Source of the DNA: Octopus bimaculoides | Lineage: Eukaryota | DNA: 49,641 nt | Assembly: GCF_001194135.2 (NCBI RefSeq) | Contig: NC_069001.1 | Span: 19,452,228-19,501,868 of the forward strand | Direction: 5' to 3' | Shown here: piece by piece, positions 49,370 to 49,641 of the stretch | How the letters are laid out: the number at the start of each line of letters is the position of its first letter | How positions within the stretch are numbered: position 1 is the first letter of the stretch | Notes under the pieces: generated by a model | The model's input: the letters and a program-made list of their open reading frames with translations, nothing else | Database searches by the model: none | Told to the model about the DNA's origin: nothing | Made by a program: the position numbers and the translations under genes

Positions 49370-49641
49370 TGTTATGTTTCCCTCGGACTGACTCGCAGAG
49401 ATAACATAACGAGTTATACAGTTTAATTATTACATTTATTGTTCAATTACATACAAAGAACGCACTCACCCAATGTTCGTTATGAATAAACAAAAGTCAT
49501 GTCCGCCATATATATATCAATGACATTTTACTACGACAGTCCCACAAGACAACAACAATGAAACAATGAACTCAGACGAACCACATGACACACGGAACGT
49601 CAGACGAATTACATATCTAACAGTCCATATAACACCTCCCC
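49370..49641 (-). mobile_element. 3' LTR (265 bp, 49370-49634) plus polypurine tract of an LTR retrotransposon extending beyond the window
   Basis: TGTTAT...ATAACA inverted termini; on -, GGGGAGG immediately precedes TGTTAT; - strand AATAAA at 49435-49440. The flanks are not a TSD, so this is not a solo LTR. Confidence 0.7.

Noticed and set aside
44167-49641. Further upstream UTP14 exons
   Set aside because: The region is accounted for by RTE, Helitron and LTR sequence; the 5' exons are presumably beyond the window.

Overview
AT-rich, repeat-dense animal genomic DNA from a gapped draft assembly. It is very probably an octopus/cephalopod, inferred from recalled similarity of the SINE families rather than a database search. 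Two housekeeping genes converge tail-to-tail. CDK5RAP1 (mitochondrial MiaB-type tRNA methylthiotransferase) has its last four coding exons on + (7982-18679). UTP14 (SSU processome) has its last five coding exons on - (44166-19082). All nine exons have canonical AG/GT borders and join in phase. What looks like the first coding exon of CDK5RAP1 lies on the opposite (-) strand at 1322-1652, separated from the rest by an exactly 100-N gap; a mis-oriented scaffold is the leading explanation. Introns hold decayed CR1 and RTE LINEs, tRNA-derived SINEs, Tc1/mariner, piggyBac, Penelope, Helitron and LTR remnants. Notable observations are a C4HC3 PHD-type finger inside the RT domain of the dominant RTE family, a BovB-like RTE ending in three C2H2 fingers, and near-perfect inverted repeats associated with degenerate hammerhead-ribozyme-like cores. 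There is no CRISPR array, rRNA gene or true tRNA gene. All homology statements come from memory; no search was run.
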